A stretch of DNA of 64,000 nucleotides from an uncultured Thermodesulfobacteriota bacterium (GCA_964567185.1 CAZMKZ010000001.1:13507-77506); one strand, 5' to 3'. Shown: positions 19,864 to 29,664, numbered from the stretch's first letter. Numbers and translations: made by a program. Notes: generated by a model not told the origin, from the letters alone.

Positions 19864-22173
19864 ATGGGCAAGAAACACGTCGCCATAATAGGCGCCAACA
19901 AAGATGCCTTGAAACTCCTTCCCGTGCTCCTTGCCGACAAGGATACGGATATAAGGATAATCGCCGACACCAACAGGGATGCCATGATATTCAAGCTCGA
20001 TGAGCTCGGGTACAGGCTCTCGCCCAGGCTTAATATCAGGACCACCCATGACCTTGAGGATATAAAGGCCGATACCTCTGTGAATACAATCATAGACGCC
20101 GTTCAGGACAGCGTCAGCTCGGAATTTCTTAAGTCCCCCTGTTTTATCAACATGGAAAGGCTCGGTCCTCTGAGCGCGAGGCTCCTGTGGCTTGTGCGTG
20201 GGTCCTTTGAGGAGGACAGCGAAGGCGGCAACAGGGACACCATATTTACTTCCCTTAGAGAGATAGTTGATTCTCTTTACCTGATTACTGACAGAAAAGA
20301 ATTGACCTCCGTAATATTAAAGCTCGTTATAGAGTTCACAGGGGCCCAGCGCGCCTCCATAATGCTTCTTGATGAGACCGGGAACAACCTCCGTGTAGAG
20401 GCCGCCAGCGGCATGGATGAAGAGGTTATTAGAAAGATTCGCGTGCCCATAGGCTCAGGCGTCTCCGGCTACGTGGTAAAGCATGACAGGGCGGTTATCA
20501 TATCCGGCAGGGCCAACCCCGGCGAATATGTGAGACCAATGGAGAGAGACGACGCCAAGAGCGCCATGAGTGTGCCTCTTAAAGTCGATAACAAGGTCTT
20601 CGGGGTGATAAACGTGAGCTCCAGCGAGTCAGCCCACCTCTATTCCGATGAGGACCTGAAGTTCCTATCGGGCTTCGCCTTACTGGCCGCCGAGGTCATC
20701 CATAAATCCCTTGAGTATGAGGGCATCCGCGCAGATGCGGCAAAGTTCTCGTTCTGGAAGGAGATTGACGGGATGGTATCTTCCGGGACATCGGGAGATA
20801 AGAGCCTTGGGGCAATAGCAAAGAGGATAGCCAGCGAGGTGCCGGGGCTGACATGCCTGTTGTACCTCTATAATGACAAGACCAGAAGCCTTATACTAAA
20901 GGCATCGAGCGCGGGCGGCACCGGCGGGCTCGGTCTCTTTGGCGGCATCAGGCAAGGCCACGGCATAGAGGGTTTTGCCATGGATACTAAAAAAGACGTC
21001 TTTCTCGTGGACAGGACCGAGGAGGATATAATTAAAAAACTCTATATCTCCCTGCCCATGGTCTGCAATAATCGTTTTGTAGGTACGCTTAGCGGGCAGG
21101 TGGTCTCTTCACAGGGACTTTCCACGTACCATGAGTCATTTCTCAAGGATATCAGGACACTTGTCGCACAGAGTATCTACAGGTCCATGGAGTCCGAGAG
21201 AGACAACCGCTGGGGCAAGAAGGTATCGAGCATAGACGACCTCGGCCTTGACCTTATAATTGTCTCGGAACCGGCAAAGCTTAAACGGCTCATTGCCAGC
21301 AAGGCCGCTAACGCCATCGCGGCGGACGGCGCGCTTTTGAGGCTCGAGCAGGGAGACAAACGGTATCAGACAGTGGCCTCATACGGACTTGATGACAGCG
21401 GCCTCAGGCAGGAACTCCATTATATCGAGAAGGAGACGGTCCTTGAGGTCCTGCGTAAGAAGGAGCCCGTGTCAAGGGAGTTCTCAGAAGAGGCTTCGCC
21501 GCTTATTAAATGCGTATTTTCAGTGCCCATCTATGTAAATAATGAGATAAAAGGAGTCTTGACCCTCTTTCACAAGACCTACGAAGAGACACAGTACTGC
21601 GGCGCTTTTTCCGATGATGACGCCGATATACTCCAGAGGTTCCTGCTCTTTGCCGGAAGGGCCCTTGAGGCGACAATATTCAGAACACCGGCCGAGCCGG
21701 AAGATGAGAAAAATGCCCATGAGACCTCTCCAATGGAGGCCCTTGAGATAAAGGTAGACCAGGAGCTGAACAGGGCGAGGCGGCAGGATAAAAGCTTTGT
21801 GCTCTCTACCCTCCGAATCATAGGGCCGGAAAAGATATCAAAGAACAAGATGAAGGCCATGACGGCGAAGTTCTTTGATATTATCCGCGATGAGACGAGA
21901 AACTTCGACTATGTGGTAAGGCTTAGCGATGATGTCTTTGGACTGCTTTATCCGGAGACTGGCGGCGGGGTGAGGCGTGTTCTCAAGGCCATCACCGACG
22001 CCATAAAAGACAATCCCCTCCTCAATAGATCCTTCCTTGAAGAAAACCTCACGGCCTACTATGGCTCCGCACAATTCCCCGCAGATGGAGATTCCTTTAC
22101 CGCGCTCTTTTCAAAAGCCGCAAGACGTGATATCATCGAGCTTAACGGGACTTTTGAAGAGAAAGTGAAGTAA
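19864..22173 (+). CDS. multi-GAF sensory protein with a degenerate GGDEF-like C-terminal domain
   Basis: 769 aa. GAF-like segments such as SIMLLDETGNNLRVEAASG. C-terminal ...RLSDDVFGLLYPETG... corresponds to RYGGEEF...LP.T but has the GGDEF motif lost. Confidence 0.55.
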   Translation: MGKKHVAIIGANKDALKLLPVLLADKDTDIRIIADTNRDAMIFKLDELGYRLSPRLNIRTTHDLEDIKADTSVNTIIDAVQDSVSSEFLKSPCFINMERLGPLSARLLWLVRGSFEEDSEGGNRDTIFTSLREIVDSLYLITDRKELTSVILKLVIEFTGAQRASIMLLDETGNNLRVEAASGMDEEVIRKIRVPIGSGVSGYVVKHDRAVIISGRANPGEYVRPMERDDAKSAMSVPLKVDNKVFGVINVSSSESAHLYSDEDLKFLSGFALLAAEVIHKSLEYEGIRADAAKFSFWKEIDGMVSSGTSGDKSLGAIAKRIASEVPGLTCLLYLYNDKTRSLILKASSAGGTGGLGLFGGIRQGHGIEGFAMDTKKDVFLVDRTEEDIIKKLYISLPMVCNNRFVGTLSGQVVSSQGLSTYHESFLKDIRTLVAQSIYRSMESERDNRWGKKVSSIDDLGLDLIIVSEPAKLKRLIASKAANAIAADGALLRLEQGDKRYQTVASYGLDDSGLRQELHYIEKETVLEVLRKKEPVSREFSEEASPLIKCVFSVPIYVNNEIKGVLTLFHKTYEETQYCGAFSDDDADILQRFLLFAGRALEATIFRTPAEPEDEKNAHETSPMEALEIKVDQELNRARRQDKSFVLSTLRIIGPEKISKNKMKAMTAKFFDIIRDETRNFDYVVRLSDDVFGLLYPETGGGVRRVLKAITDAIKDNPLLNRSFLEENLTAYYGSAQFPADGDSFTALFSKAARRDIIELNGTFEEKVK

Positions 22174-22287
22174 CGGCAGAGGAATCTCTTCCCCCCTCTT
22201 TTTACTCTATGCCGGCAATAACAGATTTTACGGCCTCTCCATGATAGAGCCGTAAGCAAAACAGGTTTACATGAAAATCAGGCTCAG

Positions 22288-22536
22288 ATGATTGAGGTAA
22301 GGTTTTTCGCCATGCTCAAGAGGCTCGCAGGTACGCCCCGCAAGGAGTACGTGCTTGCCGAGCCAATAACAGTGCTTGAGCTCAAGCAGATGCTGGGCCG
22401 CGATATCCCTGCGCTCGCTCCTGTGCTTGAGGGAAGGAGCCTGCTCGTCTCCGTGAACGAGGAGTTCGCCCTTGACGACGAGCTTGTGGCGGACGGAGAC
22501 GTGGTGGGACTTTTGCCGCCATTTTCAGGCGGATAA
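22288..22536 (+). CDS. moaD: molybdopterin synthase sulfur carrier subunit MoaD
   Basis: 82 aa ending ...LLPPFSGG* (the GG terminus). Precedes moaE. Confidence 0.85.
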   Translation: MIEVRFFAMLKRLAGTPRKEYVLAEPITVLELKQMLGRDIPALAPVLEGRSLLVSVNEEFALDDELVADGDVVGLLPPFSGG

Positions 22537-22569
22537 TATTATTTAAAAACAACATGTCAGGGCGGAGAT

Positions 22570-22995
22570 ATGAGTAATCTTGTGAGGATTCAGGAGGCCC
22601 CCTTTTCCATGGAGGAAGTGCACGAGGAAGTTAAGAAGTCCTCTACGGGCATAGGCGCCCTTGTGCATTTTATCGGCACGGCGAGAGACCTTTCCAGGGG
22701 TGTGGAGATAAAGGGTCTCGACTTCGAGCACTATCCCGGCATGGCCGAGAAAAAGCTCACGGACATCCGCAGGCGCGCCCTTGATAACTTCAATATCATG
22801 GAGATGGCCATAGTGCACAGGGTAGGCCCAATCGCCATAGGCGAGGACATAGTCATCATCGTCGCGGCCTCGGCCCATCGTAATGACGCCTTTATGGCCT
22901 GCGAGTGGGCCATTACGGAGGTGAAGCGCACCACCCCCATTTGGAAGAGCGAGACCACGGCCGAGGGCGATGTATGGGTCTCGGATACCCCTTGA
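22570..22995 (+). CDS. moaE: molybdopterin synthase catalytic subunit MoaE
   Basis: FSMEEVHEEVKKSSTGIGALVHFIGTAR... is MoaE-like. 141 aa. Confidence 0.85.
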   Translation: MSNLVRIQEAPFSMEEVHEEVKKSSTGIGALVHFIGTARDLSRGVEIKGLDFEHYPGMAEKKLTDIRRRALDNFNIMEMAIVHRVGPIAIGEDIVIIVAASAHRNDAFMACEWAITEVKRTTPIWKSETTAEGDVWVSDTP

Positions 22996-22997
22996 AT

Positions 22998-23504
22998 ATG
23001 GATGACAAGACCATCATAAGAGCGGCGATACTCACAATAAGCGATAAGGGCTGCGCCGGTGAGAGAGAGGACTTAAGCGGCCCGGAGATAGAGGCCCAGA
23101 TAATAGACCTTCCCGCGCTGATTGCGGCCCGTGACATAGTGGCCGACGAGGTTCCGCTTATTAGCGCAAAACTTATCCATTATGTGGATGAGCTTGGCAT
23201 AGACCTTGTCATTACCACGGGCGGCACCGGTGTAACGCCGCGGGATGTTACGCCTGAGGCCACAAGGGCGGTCCTTGAGAGGGAACTGCCGGGGATGAGC
23301 GAGGCCATGCGTATGGAGAGCCTGAAAAAAACGCCTTATGCCATGATCTCACGCGCCCTCTGCGGGACGCGAGGCTCTTCTCTTATAATAAATCTACCGG
23401 GAAGTCCCCGCGCGGTGCGGGAAAACCTTACCGTGGTAATGCCCGCCCTCCTGCATACAATACTGAAGATAAAGGGCTCGCCGGAAGAGTGCGGCTCTAA
23501 TTAA
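22998..23504 (+). CDS. mog: molybdenum cofactor biosynthesis protein MogA/MoaB (start at ATG 22998)
   Basis: AAILTISDKG...GPEIEAQI...DLVITTGGTGVTPRDVTPEAT is the MoCF_biosynth (MogA/MoaB) signature. Confidence 0.8.
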   Translation: MDDKTIIRAAILTISDKGCAGEREDLSGPEIEAQIIDLPALIAARDIVADEVPLISAKLIHYVDELGIDLVITTGGTGVTPRDVTPEATRAVLERELPGMSEAMRMESLKKTPYAMISRALCGTRGSSLIINLPGSPRAVRENLTVVMPALLHTILKIKGSPEECGSN

Positions 23505-23606
23505 CCGGCCGCTCGGTCCCCCCCCCAAAAAAAACCTTATTAATCTTTTCTTGTTTTTGGCCCAGTCCCTTCTTTTTCATTGTCGGCGTCTTATAAGAAG
23601 GCGTGA

Positions 23607-24455
23607 TTAATCCAGCAGGTTTCTTACGACAAAGTAGATATTCTCTTTTCTCTCCTTGAGACGCCTGAGGACATAGGCGAACCAGTCTTTTCCATAGGGT
23701 ACATATACCCTTACCTTGAAGCCCTCTTCCTTGAGGGCCTTTTGCAGTTTCCGTTTTATGCCCAGGAGCATCTGAAACTCAAAGCAGTCTTTCCCGATAT
23801 TATGATCCATTGCAAGGTCTTTGGCCCTGTCTATCATTGCCTCGTCGTGTGTGGCTATTGCCGGGATGTGGCCTTTCAGGAGCAGGGTCTCCATAAGGGT
23901 AAGGTAATTGACGTCAACGAGTTTTTTTTCCTGAAAGGCCACTCCCGGGGGCTCCATGTACGCGCCCTTCACAAGGCGCACGCTCGCGCGGGCCTCCATG
24001 AGCCGATGTATGTCCTCACCGCTCCTTATTAGCGCGCTCTGAATGGCGATGCCGGTTGCGGGAAAATCCTCATGGAGTTTCAGGAATATATCAATGGTAT
24101 CATTCGTGTATTTGGAGCGTTCCATGTCAAGGCGGGTAAATATATTAAGCGCGCGGGCCTTTCTGAGTATTTTACGGAGGTTGTCTTCCGTTAATTTAGG
24201 GGAGATATCAAGGCCCAGGTGCGTAAGTTTTAATGAAATGCTTGCGTCAATGCCGGTGCTCTGAATGTCCTCAAGGAGGGCCAGGTATTCGGAAACCGCG
24301 TCCCGCGCGTGCTTTTCATCTGTAACGCCCTCGCCGAGCACGTCTATTGTGGCGGCAAGGCCGGCTTCGTTCAGTTCCGTGCATACCCTTATGGCGTCAC
24401 CGCGCTCAGTGCCGGCGATGTATCTATGGGCTAGGTAGCTCGTAAAACCCTTCAT
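23607..24455 (-). CDS. proline dehydrogenase (monofunctional PRODH)
   Basis: 282 aa. The ...VRLVKGAYMEP... motif and TIM-barrel PRODH pattern. Confidence 0.75.
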   Translation of the reverse strand: MKGFTSYLAHRYIAGTERGDAIRVCTELNEAGLAATIDVLGEGVTDEKHARDAVSEYLALLEDIQSTGIDASISLKLTHLGLDISPKLTEDNLRKILRKARALNIFTRLDMERSKYTNDTIDIFLKLHEDFPATGIAIQSALIRSGEDIHRLMEARASVRLVKGAYMEPPGVAFQEKKLVDVNYLTLMETLLLKGHIPAIATHDEAMIDRAKDLAMDHNIGKDCFEFQMLLGIKRKLQKALKEEGFKVRVYVPYGKDWFAYVLRRLKERKENIYFVVRNLLD

Positions 24456-25783
24456 GAGCCTCCCCTGGCCCGGGTATCAAGGAATTGCCGTATAAGGGCA
24501 TCAAGGCCGGGTTTTTGAAAGTCCTCTATCTCGTATGTGACCCTCAGGGCCGGTTTTTTTATATCGATAATCCTTGAGAGGTCTATGGGCGTGGCGATAA
24601 GCACGGCGTCGCAGGGTGTGGCGTTTATCGTGTCGCCAAGGTCGCGGACCTGCCCGGCGGAGTATCCTACGGCGGGAAGGAGGTTTTTGATGCGGGGGTA
24701 TTTATCAAAGGTATCCTTTATGGAGCCGCGGGCAAAGGCGCGGGCGTCTACGGGTCTCCAACCGAATTTTGCGCAGGCCGCGCCCCCCGCTCCAAAGGCC
24801 ATGCCTCCGTGCGTGAGCGTGGGGCCGTCTTCTATTACAAGGACCTTTTTTCCCTCTGCAAGTTCCCCGGCCACCTCAAGGTGAAAGGCGGTTTTTATTA
24901 TTCGGGCCGTTGGGTTTATCTCTCTCACGCTCTGCTCAACGGCGGTTAAGGCGGCCTCGTCAGCGGAACGGGCCTTGTTTATGATAACGCAATGGGAGCG
25001 CCTTACGTTTGTCTCGCCGGGGTAGTAGCCCCTTTCATCACCTGGCCGCAGGGGGTCTGCCACGGTAATCTCAAGGTCGGATTTATAGAAAGGCGTATCA
25101 TTATTCCCGCCGTCCCATATTATGACATCGGCCTCCTTCTCGGCTTCATGAAGTATGGCATCGTAGTCAATACCTGCGTATACAACGAACCCCTCGGCCA
25201 CAAGGGGTTCATACTCTTCCATCTCCTCGATGGTGCATTTTTCTCGTTTTATATCTTCAAGGGAGGCAAAGCGCTGAACGCTCCTCTGCCTGTTAAGCTC
25301 TCCGTATGGCATGGGGTGGCGTATGGCCACGGGGCGCAGCCCCGCCTTTTTTATTATACGGGCTACAAAGCGGGTCAATGCGCTTTTCCCGCACCCCGTG
25401 CGCACAGCGCATATGGAGATAAGGGGAAGTCTGGAGGGAATCATGGATTTTTCGGCGCCGAGGAGCACGAAGTCTGGCCCAAGCGAGTTTACGAGTGAGG
25501 CCTTTTGCATCAGCTCTTTATAGGAGATGTCGCTGTACGAAAAGACAACCTCATCAATGCCATGTTTTTTTATAAGTTCAGGGAGCCTCTCTTCGGGATA
25601 TATGGGGATGCCCTCAGGATAGAGGGGGCCTGCAAGCTCGCCTGAGTATGTCCTTGTCTCAATAAATGGAATCTGCGTTGCCGTGAAGGCCGCTACATCA
25701 TAATCGGGGTCTTCCCTGAAGACCATGTTAAAGTTATGAAAATCTCTTCCCGCGGCTCCCATGATGATTATTTTTTTCTTCAT
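24452..25783 (-). CDS. COG2403-type P-loop protein (cyclic 2,3-diphosphoglycerate synthetase-like predicted GTPase)
   Basis: MKKKIIIMGAAGRDFHNFN... with Walker A AVRTGCGKSALT. Family assignment is from memory and is tentative. 4-nt overlap with the PRODH gene. Confidence 0.4.
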   Translation of the reverse strand: MKKKIIIMGAAGRDFHNFNMVFREDPDYDVAAFTATQIPFIETRTYSGELAGPLYPEGIPIYPEERLPELIKKHGIDEVVFSYSDISYKELMQKASLVNSLGPDFVLLGAEKSMIPSRLPLISICAVRTGCGKSALTRFVARIIKKAGLRPVAIRHPMPYGELNRQRSVQRFASLEDIKREKCTIEEMEEYEPLVAEGFVVYAGIDYDAILHEAEKEADVIIWDGGNNDTPFYKSDLEITVADPLRPGDERGYYPGETNVRRSHCVIINKARSADEAALTAVEQSVREINPTARIIKTAFHLEVAGELAEGKKVLVIEDGPTLTHGGMAFGAGGAACAKFGWRPVDARAFARGSIKDTFDKYPRIKNLLPAVGYSAGQVRDLGDTINATPCDAVLIATPIDLSRIIDIKKPALRVTYEIEDFQKPGLDALIRQFLDTRARGGS

Positions 25784-25857
25784 ACTGAAAGGATAGCCCT
25801 ATTGAAAGTGAAAATCAAGGAAGGAGCAAAGGGGAGGTGGGCAGGGCCCCTTCATAT

Positions 25858-28086
25858 CTATTTGAACGGCAGGTAGCCGTCCCTCTCGCTCATAAGGGCG
25901 AATTCATTGCCCCGGGCGATGGTCTTGAAACCCCTCCCTGCCTCAAGCTCGGCTACGCGCTCTTTTTTTGTAATGATAAATAACCTCTTCTCCTCGTCTA
26001 CGGGCAGTTTATCAAGTGAATCCCCCTCCAGCTTCAGAATCTTTTTACCTGCGTAATAAAAGGCGATAGAGGGCTGGTTTATCTCATAGGTGGCAAGGGC
26101 GGACCCGGCTCCGGCGTTTTTAGCGTATTTTGCGTACTCATAGAGGTCGCGCTGCATGAAGGAGTTTACCGGAGGTATGGCCTCAAGGCGTAAAAAAACG
26201 AGGAGAGCCACGGCCACGGCGGCTATAAAGGGTGTGTATTTTCCGGGGTTTGAGATGGAAAATATGGCGAAGATACCTGTTAGAAGGAAAATAACGCCAA
26301 GGCCCGTAAAGAGAACCGGGGGCATGGGTATCTCCATTTTTAGACCAAGATGGGGGGTTATGAAGGCCGCAGTAGAGAGAATAAAGGAGAGCACGGCCAT
26401 GGCGACAGCGCCGAACTTCTTGGCTCTGCCTTGCTCAATACTCTCTGATATAAGAAGACCAACAAGTACGGAACAGGCAGGTATGGCCGGAAAGATATAG
26501 TTGGGAAGCTTGGTTCTGGAGATGGAAAAGAATATGAATATAAATAAAAACCAGATAGAGGTGAATAAAAATATATCATTATTTTCGGTATGTTTACCTA
26601 TTTCTTTAAAGCCCTTTATTACGGCTTCGGGCAGATGGACTACCCAGGGGAAAAAGCCGGCGAGGAGTATGAGTACATAAAAGTAGGGCGGCCCGCCGTG
26701 GCTTGAGATGACGCCCGTAAAGCGGTGTATATGGTGCTTTATAATAAAGGCGTCAAAGAACTCCCAGCCCTGCGCATGGTATTCAAGGAGGAACCAGGGC
26801 ATGGCTATTAAGAGAAACAGGAGGATATAAAGCGGGTTCAGGAGCCTCTTGATGGCGGGCATGTCTTTTTTTATAAAGAGATATAGCAGGGAAATGGAGA
26901 GGGGAAAGAGCAGGCCAATGGCCCCTTTTGTAAGCATGGCCAGCGCCGATGATGCCCAGAATGCTATATAGAGCCTCTTATCCCCTGTTTTTATGGCCCC
27001 ATAGGCGGAAAAAAGCGCACCGGAGATAAAAAAGGCCAGGGTCATGTCTGTTACGGCGGAGTGCGAGTACACGAAGAACTCGATATTCAATAAAAGCGCG
27101 AGGCACGACCATAGGGCCGCCCTGAAGCCCTTGAAGCGTCTTACAAAGACAAATGTGGTAAGGACAAGAAGGACGCCGAGCCCGGCCGAGGGAAACCTCG
27201 CCGAGAACTCCGAGATGCCGAACATCTTAAAGGCCCCGGACATGGCCCAGTAAAAGAGTATGGGCTTATCGTACCGGGGCTCGAAGTTGTATGTGGGCGT
27301 AATAACGTCGCCTGTGACCACCATCTCCCGTGAGGCCTCGGAAAAGACCGCCTCGTCCACATCGAAGACAAGGTAGCCGCCGAGTTTGAAAAAGCATATG
27401 GATAATACAAGCAAGGTCAGCCCAGCCATGGCCCACCTTCTTTTTCGCATTGCCATGGGTCCGCCCGATGTGAGGAGCCAGCCAACGGCAATTCCAACGA
27501 TGGCCCCGCCCACGATATCCGAGGGATAGTGCGAGCCAAGGGCTATCCTTGAGAGGGCTATAAGGGAGGCCAGAGCGTAAAGGGGCAGGCGCAGGCGCGG
27601 GTAGCGTCTTGCGATTACAGCGGCAAGGGCAAATGCCGTTGCCGTATGTCCGGAGGGAAAGGAATTGAACCTTCCGGTGAGATCGAAGAATGAGGGATGC
27701 TCGATGGCATGGAGCACGTAGCCGGCCACATGCGTTGGCCGGGGCCTCTCGAATACGGCCTTGATTATCTGCGCCACACCGCCGGAGAGGAGCACGGCGT
27801 AGAGGGAATCCCTTCCAGTTAATTTCAGGCAATCACGTTTAAGATACCGGCCCAGGCCGAAGAGTATCAGGGCCAGAGGTATGAGAAGACCGCCGTTGCC
27901 AAGGAGGCTGAAAAATTCTGCGAGACTGGATAGAAGGCCCGTAAGGTGTATGGAAGCGGGGATAAAATCAAGGGTTGCCGAGGCCAGAAGGACAATGACA
28001 GCGATGGCTACCGTAAAAAAGGCCCGCGAAGAATGCCATTGCGCCGTGCCTGCGCCCCCGGCCCAACCCGGCTCCCCTGTGCTCAA
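25858..28086 (-). CDS. fusion protein: N-terminal PAP2 lipid-phosphate phosphatase plus C-terminal ArnT/PMT_2-type (GT-C) glycosyltransferase
   Basis: PAP2 motifs KAVFERPRP, FPSGHTA and SRIALGSHYPSD. Then the ArnT-like DEAVFSEASREM...PRYDKPILFYWAMS...FGISEFSARFPSA and about 12 TM helices. Confidence 0.8.
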   Translation of the reverse strand: MSTGEPGWAGGAGTAQWHSSRAFFTVAIAVIVLLASATLDFIPASIHLTGLLSSLAEFFSLLGNGGLLIPLALILFGLGRYLKRDCLKLTGRDSLYAVLLSGGVAQIIKAVFERPRPTHVAGYVLHAIEHPSFFDLTGRFNSFPSGHTATAFALAAVIARRYPRLRLPLYALASLIALSRIALGSHYPSDIVGGAIVGIAVGWLLTSGGPMAMRKRRWAMAGLTLLVLSICFFKLGGYLVFDVDEAVFSEASREMVVTGDVITPTYNFEPRYDKPILFYWAMSGAFKMFGISEFSARFPSAGLGVLLVLTTFVFVRRFKGFRAALWSCLALLLNIEFFVYSHSAVTDMTLAFFISGALFSAYGAIKTGDKRLYIAFWASSALAMLTKGAIGLLFPLSISLLYLFIKKDMPAIKRLLNPLYILLFLLIAMPWFLLEYHAQGWEFFDAFIIKHHIHRFTGVISSHGGPPYFYVLILLAGFFPWVVHLPEAVIKGFKEIGKHTENNDIFLFTSIWFLFIFIFFSISRTKLPNYIFPAIPACSVLVGLLISESIEQGRAKKFGAVAMAVLSFILSTAAFITPHLGLKMEIPMPPVLFTGLGVIFLLTGIFAIFSISNPGKYTPFIAAVAVALLVFLRLEAIPPVNSFMQRDLYEYAKYAKNAGAGSALATYEINQPSIAFYYAGKKILKLEGDSLDKLPVDEEKRLFIITKKERVAELEAGRGFKTIARGNEFALMSERDGYLPFK

Positions 28087-29360
28087 GCGAGGGCCTCCTC
28101 GAAGATACGGATGGCGCTCATCAACTCATCGCGCGTGATGTTCAGGGGCGGTATGAGGCGGGCTACGTTCTTGTCTACGCCGCAATCAATGATGATAAGG
28201 CCCCTCTCAAGGCACCTGGCCATGACCTTTTCAAGGCGCGCAGGGTCGGCGGAGCCGTCGGCCTTGATAAATTCCACGCCTATCATAAGGCCCATGCCCC
28301 GTACGTCGCCCATGCAGGCATGGTTACGCGCTATTTTTTTAAGCTCCCTTAGGGCAACCCGGCCAAGCCTTTCAGCGTTCTGAAGAAGCCTTTTATTTTC
28401 GATTACATCAATGGTGGCAAGGGAAGCCGCGCAGGCCACGGGATTACCGCCGAAGGTGGTGCCGTGGGCCCCGGGAGGCCATTTCCGCATGAGTTTTCTT
28501 GAGGCCCCTACGGCAGAAAGCGGAAAGCCGGAGGCAATGCCCTTTGCCATGGTGAGGATGTCCGGCGATACGCCGTAGGCCTCGGAGGCGAACCACTTGC
28601 CAGTCCTTCCAAAACCGCTCTGAACCTCGTCGAATATGAGGAGTATGCCGTGAGAATCGCATATCTCTCTTAATTTATGGAGAAAACCCTCCGGCGCCGG
28701 GCAGTACCCGCCCTCGCCGAGCACGGGCTCTATTATCATGCAGGCCACCTCGGAAGGGGTGATCTGCCTCCTGAGCATGGTCTCAAGGTACCCGATGCAC
28801 TCCATGGAGCATCTGTTTTGCCTTTGTCCAAGGGGACAGCGGAAGCAGTATGGGTATGGGGCGTGATAAACGCCGGGAACAAGGGGATGATAACCCTTTC
28901 TGTATCTCGCGCTCGATGTGGTAAGCGTCATGGCCCCGTAGGTCCTGCCGTGAAAACCGCCGAGAAAGGCGATTACGCCCTGACGGCCCGTGGCGATTTT
29001 GGCGAGCTTTATGGCCCCCTCAACGGCCTCGGCCCCGCTGTTTGAGAAGAAAAACGACTCAATGCCTTTCGGGGTTATGGAGGCCAGCCTCTCGGCAAGG
29101 TCAAGTATGCTGTCGTAATAGAATATACAGCCCGAATGGATTAGTTTTTCGGCCTGTCCTGCGGCGGCGTGGACAACATCGGGGTGCGCGTGCCCTACGT
29201 TAGAGGCGGCAAGTCCTGCGGCAAGGTCCATGTAGGTCCTGCCGTCTGAGGCCTCGACATAGACCCCGTGGGCTGAGACGGCCTTGATGGGCGTGTGAAA
29301 GACAAGGGCCGTGGTGAGGAATTTTCGGGCTTTTTTTATATGTTTTTCCGAGTCGGCCAC
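28083..29360 (-). CDS. class-III PLP-dependent aminotransferase (acetylornithine/GABA/omega-aminotransferase family)
   Basis: 425 aa with the class-III AT fold (…GGFHGRT…DEVQSGFGRTGKWFA…). 4-nt overlap (ATGA) with the downstream PAP2-ArnT gene. Confidence 0.85.
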   Translation of the reverse strand: MADSEKHIKKARKFLTTALVFHTPIKAVSAHGVYVEASDGRTYMDLAAGLAASNVGHAHPDVVHAAAGQAEKLIHSGCIFYYDSILDLAERLASITPKGIESFFFSNSGAEAVEGAIKLAKIATGRQGVIAFLGGFHGRTYGAMTLTTSSARYRKGYHPLVPGVYHAPYPYCFRCPLGQRQNRCSMECIGYLETMLRRQITPSEVACMIIEPVLGEGGYCPAPEGFLHKLREICDSHGILLIFDEVQSGFGRTGKWFASEAYGVSPDILTMAKGIASGFPLSAVGASRKLMRKWPPGAHGTTFGGNPVACAASLATIDVIENKRLLQNAERLGRVALRELKKIARNHACMGDVRGMGLMIGVEFIKADGSADPARLEKVMARCLERGLIIIDCGVDKNVARLIPPLNITRDELMSAIRIFEEALA

Positions 29361-29415
29361 TTTTTTTCAGTCCCTTGTCTATTTTTTCGAGCGATTAAAA
29401 GAGGATTGGAAAGGG

Positions 29416-29664
29416 TCAGTCCGCGTCTACGGGAACGGGCTCGCAGAGCATGGAATCGTATATGGCCAGCCTTCCGCATTTTTTGCAGATGTACTCGATT
29501 TTGTCGAGCATGGAGCCGCATACATGGCGGGCGTCATCCACGGTCTTGCCGCAAAACTCACAGGTAAAGGGCAGAGCCTCGGCCCTTGGGTGGCAAAGGT
29601 GACCCCTGCCGCTGGCAAGCCCGTCGCAGTTGGGGCAGTGATATGTCTTTACATATTCTGTCAT
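29416..29664 (-). CDS. small Cys-rich (zinc-ribbon/rubredoxin-like) protein
   Basis: 82 aa with CPNC...C...CEFC...C...CKKC...C. Sits between the ferritin-like gene and the aminotransferase on the same strand. Confidence 0.4.
   Translation of the reverse strand: MTEYVKTYHCPNCDGLASGRGHLCHPRAEALPFTCEFCGKTVDDARHVCGSMLDKIEYICKKCGRLAIYDSMLCEPVPVDAD

Noticed and set aside
22228-22253. Stem-loop TACGGC-N15-GCCGTA upstream of moaD as a Moco riboswitch
   Set aside because: Far too short and lacks the conserved Moco-riboswitch motifs. Probably an incidental hairpin.
22905-22997. Track ORF start for mog overlapping moaE
   Set aside because: The overlap region encodes MoaE in another frame. The Mog/MoaB homology begins at the internal ATG 22998.
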